Below are positions 9,731-20,119 of a stretch of DNA of 64,000 nucleotides, one piece after another. The notes under the pieces are model-generated. The model was not told the origin of the DNA, did no database searches, and saw only the letters and a program-made list of their open reading frames with translations. The stretch is from the sequence record DRR723986_13540. One strand, 5' to 3'. Position 1 is the first letter of the stretch, and every line of letters starts with the position of its first letter. The translations under genes were made by a program, and so were the position numbers.

Positions 9731-10834
9731 TTAGAATGCTTCGCCAATTGTCAGATAAAAACCTGATGTTTGCTTGCCTATTCCATAGTCTAATCGGATA
9801 TTAATTTTTCTTTTTGGATCGAGCATAAATCGAATTCCACCTCCCGCAGTCCATCTCCATTCATTTATTTGCAAATATTTCAATTTAGAATATACTTGAC
9901 CAACATCCGCAAAGGCTACTAATCCCAGACGCCAAGGTAACTGAACACGATACTCCGCTTGAAGAATTATGGAATTTTTATCTCGAAATCTTCCTTCATA
10001 GTAACCTCGCATCCTTTTTGTCCCACCAAGCATTGACATCATATTGAACGGCACACTACCAGATGAAAACTGATAATTTAAATGACTGGCAATGATTCCG
10101 TTCTTGTGAATTGTGCTATAATTTACCACATCCAATCCTCCTTTATGAAAATTATAAGAAGAGCCTAGCCAATTTTGAAAAGTCATTGCTTTTGCCTCAA
10201 TATACCAGCCTTTACCAGGATAAAAGACATGATCACGCGTATCGTAAACCACCAAGGGCCCTACACCAGTTGTTGGTCCACCTGCTCCACCCAAAGTGTT
10301 TTCTATCAAATTACTCGTGGTTGAAGTAATATTAAAATCTTCGTACCATGCAGCGGCTCCTAAGCTTAAATGCTCACCAATTTTTCGTGAATAATGCACT
10401 CTAATTCTGGGGAAATTCAATCGAACTGTATCAACGTTTTCAGCTAAAGAATTGGGGCCATTCCCCCAATACGCATAGAAGTATTTGAAATAGCCAATTT
10501 CTCCAAAAGAATAATTCTTGTTTTGATCCCAAAATATTTTCCAAGGAAGATAAGTCAGCACCTGCTTTTCAAGCGTATACGCACCACCTAGAATTATTTG
10601 GGAATCATTCAAAAGTGTATCAGATTTAGGACCAGCTTTAAAAGCTAGGGCTCCAGCAGCCCCAAATCCAAAACTCGTTTCGGGAGAATAAAAGAACAAG
10701 GGATAACCAGATAAACTCCAATTCCTTGCAGCTTTTTTTTGTTTGCGGATTTCTTTTTTAGTTAAGGTATCACTTTGACTGAACCCTTGATGGCCGATAA
10801 GTAGCAATAAGAATATGAGTGTTAACACCCTCAC
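9731..10834 (-). CDS. Omp85/BamA-TamA family outer membrane beta-barrel protein (no POTRA domains)
   Basis: RMRGYYEGRFRD loop-6 motif, YDTRD, C-terminal IGEAF. Confidence 0.88.
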   Translation of the reverse strand: MRVLTLIFLLLLIGHQGFSQSDTLTKKEIRKQKKAARNWSLSGYPLFFYSPETSFGFGAAGALAFKAGPKSDTLLNDSQIILGGAYTLEKQVLTYLPWKIFWDQNKNYSFGEIGYFKYFYAYWGNGPNSLAENVDTVRLNFPRIRVHYSRKIGEHLSLGAAAWYEDFNITSTTSNLIENTLGGAGGPTTGVGPLVVYDTRDHVFYPGKGWYIEAKAMTFQNWLGSSYNFHKGGLDVVNYSTIHKNGIIASHLNYQFSSGSVPFNMMSMLGGTKRMRGYYEGRFRDKNSIILQAEYRVQLPWRLGLVAFADVGQVYSKLKYLQINEWRWTAGGGIRFMLDPKRKINIRLDYGIGKQTSGFYLTIGEAF

Positions 10835-11607
10835 TATCCTCTCAAGTATACAAACTCATTTTCTGAGCTATCTTTTGGGCTATATGAATATCCTCCGGTA
10901 TCGAATCCTTTTAAATCCTCTGACTTTTTTATATTGTTTTGAATGATGTATCGAGCCATTGCCCCTCTCGACAATTTTGCGAACTGCATATTTACTTTGT
11001 ACGCTCCATCTTTGGCTCGATCTTTAAACACCGTTGTAATCACTGGCGTTTTAAGTTTTTGAAGTTGTAAAGCTTTTGAATATTCGTTAGAAGCTGCATT
11101 GACCAATATTGGTGACTGATCATTCTTCAATTCTTCCTCTAAAGTTAGCCTGAGTTTGTCTCCCCAAAAAAGATAAAGGTTTTTAACCTTTGGTGTTACC
11201 TTAAAACTTGTCCCCATTTCTAATCGATATGAATGGATAAGATCAAGCGGCTTAATTATGCCATACAGGCCAGATAAGATTCTTAATTTTTCTTGACCGA
11301 TCTGCTGTTCTTTTTTACTCAGAGATGCGTAATCTAATGATTGGTAAGCTGCACCTGTAAAAAGATACCCAGCTGGTCGGCTATTATTTTCATCAAAAGG
11401 TAAACTCCAATTTTGGAAGCGTTCATAATTGAGCTCCGCAATATCCTGGCTTACACCCATCAACTTTTTAATTTGCCTGGCTGATAACTTTTTGAGCTTT
11501 CCTACAAGGCGAGCGCTTTCATCCTGAAATTGATGTTGTGTGCAGTCTTCAATTGAAAATTGTACATCTTCATTAATTGATTTTGCTGGGGATAAAATGA
11601 CTTTCAT
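10834..11607 (-). CDS. yaaA: Peroxide stress protein YaaA (DUF328)
   Basis: ILSPAK, LRILSGLYG..PLD, YRLEMG, ASNEYSK motifs. Confidence 0.92.
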   Translation of the reverse strand: MKVILSPAKSINEDVQFSIEDCTQHQFQDESARLVGKLKKLSARQIKKLMGVSQDIAELNYERFQNWSLPFDENNSRPAGYLFTGAAYQSLDYASLSKKEQQIGQEKLRILSGLYGIIKPLDLIHSYRLEMGTSFKVTPKVKNLYLFWGDKLRLTLEEELKNDQSPILVNAASNEYSKALQLQKLKTPVITTVFKDRAKDGAYKVNMQFAKLSRGAMARYIIQNNIKKSEDLKGFDTGGYSYSPKDSSENEFVYLRG

Positions 11608-11613
11608 AGGGTA

Positions 11614-12102
11614 TTAAAATCTTTTAATGTACGAATGGCAGTATGGCGTTCCTCCTTTATTCGAATAGTAGTTTTCATGATAATCTTCAGCATCCCAAAA
11701 CTTTGAAGCCTTCGTTACTTTAGTTGCTACTTTCAAACCATCTTCTTCAAGAATAGAAATTAACTTTTCAGCAATTTCTTTTTGTTCCTCATCCAAATAG
11801 AAAATCTCTGTTCTGTATTGCTCACCGATATCTGGCCCTTGTCTGTTGACATGAGTTGGGTCATGGGTTTCAAAGAATAGTTTAGCCAACTTCTCGTAAT
11901 CAGTTTGATCTGCATCATATTCAACCTTAACAGCCTCTGCATGGCCGGTGGTATGTGCACATACTTCTTTATATGTAGGATTTTCTTTATGACCTCCGAT
12001 ATAACCAACTTGCGTGGAAATTACGCCCTCAGCTTTTTCAAAAAAATACTCTGTTCCCCAGAAACATCCTGAGGCAAATATTGCAGTTTTTAATGTCGCC
12101 AT
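11614..12102 (-). CDS. msrA: Peptide-methionine (S)-S-oxide reductase MsrA
   Basis: GCFWG and AEDYH motifs; ATG at 12102 lies 1 nt after the msrB stop. Confidence 0.95.
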   Translation of the reverse strand: MATLKTAIFASGCFWGTEYFFEKAEGVISTQVGYIGGHKENPTYKEVCAHTTGHAEAVKVEYDADQTDYEKLAKLFFETHDPTHVNRQGPDIGEQYRTEIFYLDEEQKEIAEKLISILEEDGLKVATKVTKASKFWDAEDYHENYYSNKGGTPYCHSYIKRF

Positions 12103-12103
12103 A

Positions 12104-12607
12104 TTATTCTTCTTCGGCAATGAATTTCATGGATATTGAATTCACGCAGTGCCTCGTGTTTTTATCTGTAAAATGTTCTCCTTTAAATACGTGACCTAGA
12201 TGCCCTTTACAATTTGAACAAACAATTTCGGTTCGGTAACCGTCTGCATCTAAAACTTCTGTCACAGCTCCTTCAACGCAATCATCAAATGCTGGCCATC
12301 CACTTCTTGAGTCAAATTTAGCATCCGAATTAAAAAGTGGCGCATTACATCTCCTACAAATATAAGTACCGTCTTCGTGATTATCTACATACTCACCTAC
12401 CCAGCTCATTTCCGTTCCTTTGTTCACGATTACTCTCGCCTCTTCTGGTGTAAGTTCATTCCAATTATTCGAATCTGTCATAACTTCTATGTTTGTAAAT
12501 GTACTGACCTTATCTACTTTAAGGGTATCCTCATTTTGGCCGCAAGCAACCATGGCGAAAAGTACCGTAAATGCAGAAAGACCTAATCTAAGAATTCTAA
12601 GTTTCAT
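12104..12607 (-). CDS. msrB: Methionine-R-sulfoxide reductase MsrB with lipoprotein signal
   Basis: CRRC/CSNC zinc pairs, GWPAF, HLGHVF, RHCVNS; VACG lipobox after ATG 12607. Confidence 0.93.
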   Translation of the reverse strand: MKLRILRLGLSAFTVLFAMVACGQNEDTLKVDKVSTFTNIEVMTDSNNWNELTPEEARVIVNKGTEMSWVGEYVDNHEDGTYICRRCNAPLFNSDAKFDSRSGWPAFDDCVEGAVTEVLDADGYRTEIVCSNCKGHLGHVFKGEHFTDKNTRHCVNSISMKFIAEEE

Positions 12608-12751
12608 AGTTTTATTTTTTTTGACGTTTATCAAACTAAAAACTTTCACATCCCCCTTTAAATCCTTGAACAAATTAACTACTAAAAAGTTCGTTGAAAA
12701 TATTTCAATCTGAGTGTCAAATATATCGGATAATCATTAAATTTACCTCTC

Positions 12752-14134
12752 ATGCGTTTAGTGAAAAAATATTTAGCGCTCATAACCTTGATGAGTATGT
12801 TTCCTATCTGCTGGATAATCGGTAAGAATTTCATTACTGAGGCCAAAACTGATATTTACGGATACATCCCTCAAGAAAGTGATATTGTCATTGAGATCAA
12901 TTCTAGAAATTTCATTTCTGAAATCATCTATCAAAGAGTTTATAACGAAGAGTATGTCTTGAACAAGGTCGAAGTTCAGGAATCAGATGTTGAAGAAACC
13001 GGTATAGACTATTTTTCAAAAGTTGTGTTATTCAGAGAAAAATGGGCTGAAGATAACGTTTGGATAGCAGTAGTTGGTGTAAAAAATAAAAAGGCGTTTA
13101 AAAAGTACGCACAGAATAAAGTGGGCGATTTAAAAATTGAATTTGGAAAAAGCCATGCTATTATTCAGCTTACAGCCTCTAATAATCAAGATAAGCTGGA
13201 TGAGCATCTTAAAAACATAGCTGCCCAAAACATAAAACCATTTACTGCAAGAATTGATTTAAAAAAGTACTTTAAAAAGGATAAGGAAATCAACTGCTAT
13301 ATGATTCCCCAATCTTCAGATGCAAATCACCAACTAATAGATGGATACATTAACATGGATTTCCATCAAGATCACATTGACATTGGAGGAGAATTCAATA
13401 CCGTTTCAACTTTCGGAGAAACTCCAGGAATTGCATACGCTATGAATGAAGATGTTGGCTTTAGTCTAAGGTCCTCTTTAAACGTATTTAATAGCCTTTG
13501 GTGGTTTAGTGAAGAAGAGATTGAAGACGTTCCAGACTACAAGCAAATGGCTGTTGATTATGACGGGGTTAAAATGTTTATGGTCGATTTAAACTGGGGA
13601 TATCAATTCCCTTTCAAAACCTTCCCTGAAATGCAGATGCGTGTTGATGCTGTGAATGGTGCTCATTGGAAAAAATTCTTTGATGAAATACAAGAAGAAG
13701 GCAAAGTTAAGGCAGATACCTTAACTAAATCTTTGATTACTGAGCAGGGCGCTTTCTTCCAATACAATTTAACAGACGAATCATTTGAACTTAGTCGAAG
13801 CGGAGTAAACTTTCAATCTTCAACTGATACGGATGTTTGTTTTGACTTTCAGATGAAAATAGAATCATTATTAAACAATACCAAGTTCGCAGTTGACGAA
13901 GATAATCCACCATCAGAATTTGAACAAATGGTTGGAATGAGTGTTGCGAATGACATGGTTTCTGAGATGCATGTTTTTGATGATATCGAAGAGATCAGAT
14001 TTCAAATGAAGAAATCTGGTGAGGCCAAAATTGCGGCTAACGGCAAAGTTCAGATGAAGAATCGTGAAGGTCAATCTATTGTAGAATGTATGTTCTTTAT
14101 GACTGAAGCCTTGTTATTTGTTAAAGGGTTCTAA
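12752..14134 (+). CDS. Hypothetical membrane-anchored protein
   Basis: 460-aa ORF with N-terminal TM segment; no motif recognised. Confidence 0.7.
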   Translation: MRLVKKYLALITLMSMFPICWIIGKNFITEAKTDIYGYIPQESDIVIEINSRNFISEIIYQRVYNEEYVLNKVEVQESDVEETGIDYFSKVVLFREKWAEDNVWIAVVGVKNKKAFKKYAQNKVGDLKIEFGKSHAIIQLTASNNQDKLDEHLKNIAAQNIKPFTARIDLKKYFKKDKEINCYMIPQSSDANHQLIDGYINMDFHQDHIDIGGEFNTVSTFGETPGIAYAMNEDVGFSLRSSLNVFNSLWWFSEEEIEDVPDYKQMAVDYDGVKMFMVDLNWGYQFPFKTFPEMQMRVDAVNGAHWKKFFDEIQEEGKVKADTLTKSLITEQGAFFQYNLTDESFELSRSGVNFQSSTDTDVCFDFQMKIESLLNNTKFAVDEDNPPSEFEQMVGMSVANDMVSEMHVFDDIEEIRFQMKKSGEAKIAANGKVQMKNREGQSIVECMFFMTEALLFVKGF

Positions 14135-14892
14135 AAAATTCTATTGAAGTAGTCTTTCATTAGCAACATTCTTGATCCATACCAAGAAAACAATTCTCCA
14201 TCTACAATTTTTACATCAGCATCTGTAAGAGTTTTCAAGGTCTCTACATCTTCTGTTTTGAAAGGATAGGGTTCTGTGCTTAATAGCACCACATCAGGTT
14301 GCAACTTATTAATTTGTTCAGCGCTCAATTCAATATATCGTGGTTCAGATATTACATTGTACAAACCAATCTCTTTAAGAACGGCATCTATAAAATTATT
14401 AGATCCACACACCATGTACGGATCTTTCCAAATGAAATATAGCACACGTTTAGATACTTGCTTAATTTCTGCAAAACCTTCTTGAATTTCATCTATCAAA
14501 TCAACAGCCATTTGCTGTTTATCACAAAGCATCCCAACATCTTTGATCATATCGTAAGCATCTTGTAGGATGTTGACATCAGAAATATACACATTGAATT
14601 CAGCAGAAAGCTGCTCTATCTGCTCTTTCGTATTCTCTTCTTTATTCGCAATGATTAAATCAGGTTGGAGCTTCCTTATTTTATCAAGATTTAGATTTTT
14701 GGTTCCCCCCACTCGATCTTTGGTCTGGAACCAATTATTAGGATGAATACAAAACTTAGTAATCCCAACAGTTTCATTTTCCAAGCCAAAATAATGAAGT
14801 AATTCTGTTTGAGAAGGCACCAAAGAAACGATTTTCTTCGGAGCTGATTCGAGTGAAACAGTATTACCAACTTGGTCAATGACCTCAATCAT
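14131..14892 (-). CDS. BtuF-like helical-backbone metal/cobalamin receptor
   Basis: IVSLVPSQTE, VGGTKN, ANKEEN, DGELFSWYGSR motifs. Confidence 0.88.
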   Translation of the reverse strand: MIEVIDQVGNTVSLESAPKKIVSLVPSQTELLHYFGLENETVGITKFCIHPNNWFQTKDRVGGTKNLNLDKIRKLQPDLIIANKEENTKEQIEQLSAEFNVYISDVNILQDAYDMIKDVGMLCDKQQMAVDLIDEIQEGFAEIKQVSKRVLYFIWKDPYMVCGSNNFIDAVLKEIGLYNVISEPRYIELSAEQINKLQPDVVLLSTEPYPFKTEDVETLKTLTDADVKIVDGELFSWYGSRMLLMKDYFNRIF

Positions 14893-16253
14893 TATGCGAT
14901 CGCATTTATTAAATCATGTCGTGTGATGATATGAAATTTCCCATCACCGAGCTCAACAAGAACCGCTGGAACTTGTTTACTCATTTTCTCTGATACTTGA
15001 TCAAGTTTCGTATTAGCATCTACAACTGGAAGTGCTGGTTCCATCACGGAGCTCAGTGGCGCATCCATAGTCGTTGATTCGTCAATAATTTGCTGATAAA
15101 GCTTCGTTTCATCAACGAAACCAGCAAACTGACCATCTTTCGTAATTGGAATTTGGGAAATGTTATAGGTTTTCATTTTTGCAACCGCGTGTGACACTAA
15201 TTCTTCGCTTCCGCATGTCACCAATCCTTTATCGCCATGTTGACTAACTAAATCCAATGCGTTTTTAAATCCTTCGTCCAAGAATCCTCTTTCTCTCATC
15301 CAATCGTCATTGAACATTTTACCTACATATCTTGAACCATGATCATGGAACAACACAACCACAACATCACCTTCTTTAAATTTATCTTTCATTTGTAGGA
15401 TTCCGGCAATGGCTGCACCAGCAGAATTTCCAACAAAAATCCCTTCTTCTCTAGCTAATCTTCTTGTATATACGGCAGCATCTTTATCCGTTACCTTTTC
15501 AAAATGATCGATCACTGAAAAGTCAACATTTTTAGGAAGGATATCTTCTCCAATACCTTCGGTGATATATGGATAAATTTCATTTTCATCAAAAACGCCT
15601 GTTTCGTGATACTTTTTGAACACTGAACCATAGGTGTCAATACCTAAGTTCTGAACGTTTGGATTTTGCTCCTTTAAATATTTACCGACTCCAGAGATAG
15701 TTCCTCCTGTTCCAACACCGACTACGAAATGTGTAATCTCCCCCTCAGTTTGCTCCCAAATTTCAGGTCCTGTTTGCTCGTAATGCGCAATCGCATTTGA
15801 TGGATTATCATATTGATTGACATACCAAGAATTAGGAGTTTCCTCAGCTAATCTTTTAGATACTGAGTAATATGATCTTGGATCTTCTGGTTCTACATTC
15901 GTTGGACAAACAACTACCTCTGCTCCAACGGCTCTGAGGATATCCATCTTTTCTTTACTTTGTTTATCACTCAATACGCAAATTAACTTATATCCATAAG
16001 CAATACAAGCTAAGGCCAGCCCCATACCAGTATTCCCTGAAGTTCCTTCAATTACGGTTCCTCCTTTTTTAATTAAACCTTGAGCCTCAGCATCCTGAAT
16101 CATTTTTAGTGCCATTCTATCCTTAACAGAGTTACCTGGATTGGTTGTTTCAACTTTAGCTAAAACAGTGGCTTTAATATCTTTCGTTAAGTGGTTCAAC
16201 TTAATTAAAGGCGTATTTCCGATTGTCTCAAGGACATTATTGAAGTATTTCAT
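14892..16253 (-). CDS. cbs: Cystathionine beta-synthase (PLP enzyme plus CBS pair)
   Basis: NPGNSVKDR, TSGNTG, GTGGT motifs, C-terminal CBS domains. Confidence 0.9.
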   Translation of the reverse strand: MKYFNNVLETIGNTPLIKLNHLTKDIKATVLAKVETTNPGNSVKDRMALKMIQDAEAQGLIKKGGTVIEGTSGNTGMGLALACIAYGYKLICVLSDKQSKEKMDILRAVGAEVVVCPTNVEPEDPRSYYSVSKRLAEETPNSWYVNQYDNPSNAIAHYEQTGPEIWEQTEGEITHFVVGVGTGGTISGVGKYLKEQNPNVQNLGIDTYGSVFKKYHETGVFDENEIYPYITEGIGEDILPKNVDFSVIDHFEKVTDKDAAVYTRRLAREEGIFVGNSAGAAIAGILQMKDKFKEGDVVVVLFHDHGSRYVGKMFNDDWMRERGFLDEGFKNALDLVSQHGDKGLVTCGSEELVSHAVAKMKTYNISQIPITKDGQFAGFVDETKLYQQIIDESTTMDAPLSSVMEPALPVVDANTKLDQVSEKMSKQVPAVLVELGDGKFHIITRHDLINAIA

Positions 16254-16314
16254 AAGAAAATTTTATTCGACAGCAAAGGTAACAATTCAGATTGGCTGAT
16301 AAACTATTGAGCAT

Positions 16315-16351
16315 AAAAAAACCCTGACGTCTCGACAGAGAGTCAGGGTTT
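16315..16351 (-). terminator. Intrinsic terminator
   Basis: AAACCCTGAC...GTCAGGGTTT stem, T tract on minus strand, downstream of the beta-barrel gene. Confidence 0.8.
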
Positions 16352-16372
16352 ATTTATTTCTTATTCTATTTA

Positions 16373-17251
16373 CTAGAAGTAGAAGTGGAAGTACAATTGA
16401 GAATTGAAGTTGTCAATTCCAGATTGGATATTCCATCCACCTAAGCTAGTTTCGTCTTTATAAGTAACAATACCACCGGCACCGTTATCATAGAAAGGAT
16501 CGAACTTTTCATAGGTTCTTTTATCTTTTCCAGTTTTACTGAACATTAAGTTGAATCCGAACTCAGTTCCGATACAAATCTTAGGTGCAATAAAGTACTC
16601 AACTCCAGCAAAAGCTCTTGCTCCTACTCCGAATGTCGCACCGTTTCTGATTTCAATTGTTCTACCATGCTGCGCATTGTAACCTGGCATAAACGCGTGA
16701 TCAGTTGGTGTGATATTATCAAAAGCTAAGTCATTACCATAAGTATAATGGCTATGGCTATTCACCCATGACAACATAACCTCAGCACCATAAACACCTC
16801 TCAAACGAGTTTTACCTCTTCTCCACTCTAATCCAGCAGAAACGTACGTTGTTGAGTTGTTTGTTCTGATTTTATCAGTAACTAATGAATCTGGATCATT
16901 TGCTCTATCATCATAAACTTCGTAAGAATTGGTGAAATCTCCACCTGAATTAAAAAAGCTTACTCTCATAGCCTGATTATCAGACATCATGTATTTACCG
17001 TAAATACTGATACTTGGTGCAAACAAAGGGTTTGACAAGTAAGTATTACCGATATTGTTGTTTGTGTTATTGTTGAATAAATTTCCAACAAAACCTGTTA
17101 ACGTACCAACATTTGTTCCTAGTCCAATAGCGTACTCGCCTGAAACTGGCATAATGTCAACACCTTTTTTATTTTGAATTTGCTCGTTAGATTGAGCTGA
17201 TGCCGCAACACCAAACCCAACTGCCAATGCAATTGTTAAAATCTTTTTCAT
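16373..17251 (-). CDS. Outer membrane beta-barrel protein
   Basis: Signal peptide, GVEYFIAPKICIGTEFG, alternating aromatic C-terminus YFHFYF. Confidence 0.85.
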   Translation of the reverse strand: MKKILTIALAVGFGVAASAQSNEQIQNKKGVDIMPVSGEYAIGLGTNVGTLTGFVGNLFNNNTNNNIGNTYLSNPLFAPSISIYGKYMMSDNQAMRVSFFNSGGDFTNSYEVYDDRANDPDSLVTDKIRTNNSTTYVSAGLEWRRGKTRLRGVYGAEVMLSWVNSHSHYTYGNDLAFDNITPTDHAFMPGYNAQHGRTIEIRNGATFGVGARAFAGVEYFIAPKICIGTEFGFNLMFSKTGKDKRTYEKFDPFYDNGAGGIVTYKDETSLGGWNIQSGIDNFNSQLYFHFYF

Positions 17252-17302
17252 CTTAAAAAATCGTTTTAATTAATACTTAATTTATATCGTATTATCTAAC
17301 GA

Positions 17303-18214
17303 CTAGTAAGGTGTGAATCCTAAAGAAACATTGTTAATGATAATATCTCCAGCATTGATACAGTTGTACTCAGCATAGATACCACCCATTGAGTAGATAC
17401 CAGTTACTGTTGAATCAGCTGTTCCAGCGCTATTATCCTGTGTTCTTGTTCCTTCGAAATCTAAGATTCCATAATCAACACATACAGCACCTCCACTTAA
17501 ACCTTCAGTGGCAATAGTGATTGTATACGTACCATTTGATAAATCGATATCAACAGAAGTCACAGCTTCATTAGTGACACCAAATGGTCCATTTCCATTG
17601 TTATAAATCCAGTGCATTTGTTGTTGACCTAAACCAGAAGCAGTGTTTAATACTTGATCTCCAGTTGGAACAGCAGGTGCTTGCCAGAAAGTATTGTCAT
17701 AAACAACATTGATATTTCCTTTAATCCAAGCTTCACCACCTGTAGATCCAGTTCCTGTTGATTCAGTTACAGTTGCCTCATCTTTTGTAGAAATAGCAGC
17801 ACCAGCGTAAATATTCTTAGTGATGTTACCTCTTGTTACCTTAACATCTTGACTTCCACTAGCAGTTGTTCTTGTAGTGTATAAATCTTCGAATTGGATT
17901 GTAATGTTGTAACCATCTTCTGTCGCTGGAATAGTAAGGGTATAATCTCCATTTGCATCAGTTACAGCAGTATAAACTCTTTTGTCGTAAGTATAAGCTG
18001 GGTCGGGTTGTTGGTCCCAAGACATAGTGTTTACTTCAACTTTTACAGTCATACCTTCAACTCCTTCAACGTCATTGTCAGTCTGATCCATGTCAGCCCA
18101 AACATTACCACTGATGGTAGCATCTCTAAGCTCGCTAGAAACGGGCTCATCTTTTTTACATGACGTCATTGCAATTGCAGCGATCGCCAAAATTGAAAAC
18201 ATTTTTCTTTTCAT
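17303..18214 (-). CDS. Surface lipoprotein with two beta-sandwich-like domains
   Basis: MTSC lipobox followed by KKDE; TDANGDYTLTIP carboxypeptidase-regulatory-like motif; start taken at ATG 18214. Confidence 0.75.
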   Translation of the reverse strand: MKRKMFSILAIAAIAMTSCKKDEPVSSELRDATISGNVWADMDQTDNDVEGVEGMTVKVEVNTMSWDQQPDPAYTYDKRVYTAVTDANGDYTLTIPATEDGYNITIQFEDLYTTRTTASGSQDVKVTRGNITKNIYAGAAISTKDEATVTESTGTGSTGGEAWIKGNINVVYDNTFWQAPAVPTGDQVLNTASGLGQQQMHWIYNNGNGPFGVTNEAVTSVDIDLSNGTYTITIATEGLSGGAVCVDYGILDFEGTRTQDNSAGTADSTVTGIYSMGGIYAEYNCINAGDIIINNVSLGFTPY

Positions 18215-18360
18215 AATAGTGTTTATTAATTTTCGACAAATATAAAGCTCTAGGTAAAACAAACAAGTCTTTTTTTAAATCAATTTTCCCTAAAGCATGG
18301 TTAATAATCACTCCCTTTAACGAGAGTCTTTTAAAAAAGGTTTGGTTGTAAACTATAAAA

Positions 18361-20049
18361 TTAGTCGACTATGAGTTTTTTAAACCTGACTCGCTTCGGT
18401 GTTGTATCTCCTAAACGCTTCATTTTATTTTCTTCATATTCAGAGAAAGTTCCTTCAAACCAATACACTTGTGACTCATTTTCAAAGGCCAAAATATGTG
18501 TGCAAATTCTATCCAAGAACCATCTATCGTGCGAGATTACAACCACACAACCCGCAAAATTCTCTATACCTTCTTCTAAAGCACGTATCGTATTTACATC
18601 CAAGTCATTCGTTGGCTCATCCAATAACAATACATTCGCCTCCGTTTTCAAAGTCATGGCTAAGTGCAGTCTATTTCTTTCTCCTCCAGATAAAACACCG
18701 ACTTTTTTATTTTGATCGGATCCGTTAAAATTGAACCGACTAAGATAAGCTCTCGAGTTAATTTTCTGATTACCTACTTCAATATACTCTGTTCCACCTG
18801 TAACTACTTCGAAAATTGTTTTTTCGGGATCCATCTCTTTATGGTCTTGATCTACATAGCCAATTTCCACAGTTTCTCCAACTTTAAAATCTCCTTTATC
18901 AGGTTGAATTTCATTCATGATCATTTTAAAGATGGTTGTTTTACCAGCTCCATTTGGTCCAATAATCCCTACAATTCCGTTAGGAGGTAATGAAAAATTC
19001 AAATCATCATACAGTAACTTTTGATCAAAGGCCTTTGCCACATTCACTGCATCTATCACATTAGTTCCTAGTCTTGGCCCATTAGGAATTGGCAGTTCTA
19101 AAGTTTCTTCTTTAGCTGCTGATTCTTCAGCCATCAGTTTATCATAATTATTTAAACGCGCCTTATTTTTTGCATGACGCCCCTTAGGATTCAATCGCAC
19201 CCACTCTAACTCACGCTCCAATATTTTTCTTCTCTTGCTCGCCTGCTTTTCTTCTTGCTGCATGCGTGTGGTTTTCTGGTCTAACCATGAAGAGTAGTTT
19301 CCTTTCCAAGGAATCCCCTCTCCTCTATCAAGCTCTAATATCCAACCCGCCACGTTATCTAAGAAATAACGGTCGTGTGTGATTGCAATCACGGTACCCG
19401 GATAATGCTGCAAATACTGCTCTAACCATAAAACAGATTCGGCATCAAGGTGGTTAGTAGGCTCATCCAACAATAAAATATCAGGATTTTGCAATAACAA
19501 TCTGCACAAGGCTACTCTTCTTTTTTCACCACCAGATAAGGTCTCAATTTTTTGATCTTCAGGCGGACAACGAAGTGCATCCATTGCTCGCTCTAATTTA
19601 GAATCAAGATCCCAGGCATCCAATTGATCAATTTTCTCTTGCACTTCCCCTTGACGCTCAATCAATTTGTTCATTTTATCTGGATCGTTCATAACGGCCT
19701 CATCCATAAAGCCGTTGTTGATTTCCTCATACTCTTTTAACAAATCTACTGTTGCCTGAACCCCTTCTTGAACAATTTCTTTTACAGTTTTATCACCATC
19801 TAATACTGGTTCTTGCGCTAAATACCCTACAGAATGTTCTTTTGAAAAAACAACATCCCCTTGGTAGGCAGCATCTAATCCTGCAATTATTTTTAATACA
19901 GTGGACTTACCCGAACCATTCATCCCAATGATGCCGATTTTTGCACCATAGAAAAAGGATAGGTATATATTTTTAATAATTGGTTTTCCTTGAGGAGTTG
20001 ATTTGGAAACTCCTACCATTGAAAAAATTATCTTTTTATCGTCTGACAT
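18361..20049 (-). CDS. ettA: Energy-dependent translational throttle ABC-F ATPase EttA
   Basis: Two ABC cassettes, LSFFYGAKIG, WILELDRG, ELEWVR motifs. Confidence 0.95.
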   Translation of the reverse strand: MSDDKKIIFSMVGVSKSTPQGKPIIKNIYLSFFYGAKIGIIGMNGSGKSTVLKIIAGLDAAYQGDVVFSKEHSVGYLAQEPVLDGDKTVKEIVQEGVQATVDLLKEYEEINNGFMDEAVMNDPDKMNKLIERQGEVQEKIDQLDAWDLDSKLERAMDALRCPPEDQKIETLSGGEKRRVALCRLLLQNPDILLLDEPTNHLDAESVLWLEQYLQHYPGTVIAITHDRYFLDNVAGWILELDRGEGIPWKGNYSSWLDQKTTRMQQEEKQASKRRKILERELEWVRLNPKGRHAKNKARLNNYDKLMAEESAAKEETLELPIPNGPRLGTNVIDAVNVAKAFDQKLLYDDLNFSLPPNGIVGIIGPNGAGKTTIFKMIMNEIQPDKGDFKVGETVEIGYVDQDHKEMDPEKTIFEVVTGGTEYIEVGNQKINSRAYLSRFNFNGSDQNKKVGVLSGGERNRLHLAMTLKTEANVLLLDEPTNDLDVNTIRALEEGIENFAGCVVVISHDRWFLDRICTHILAFENESQVYWFEGTFSEYEENKMKRLGDTTPKRVRFKKLIVD

Positions 20050-20068
20050 ATTTTGATTTTAAGGCATT

Positions 20069-20099
20069 AAAAAGGCCTGCTTCTCTTAAGAAGCAGGCC
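20069..20099 (-). terminator. Intrinsic terminator-like hairpin
   Basis: GGCCTGCTTCT-CTTA-AGAAGCAGGCC followed by T5 on minus strand. Confidence 0.7.
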
Positions 20100-20119
20100 A
20101 ATAAATATAATTCTTTTAT

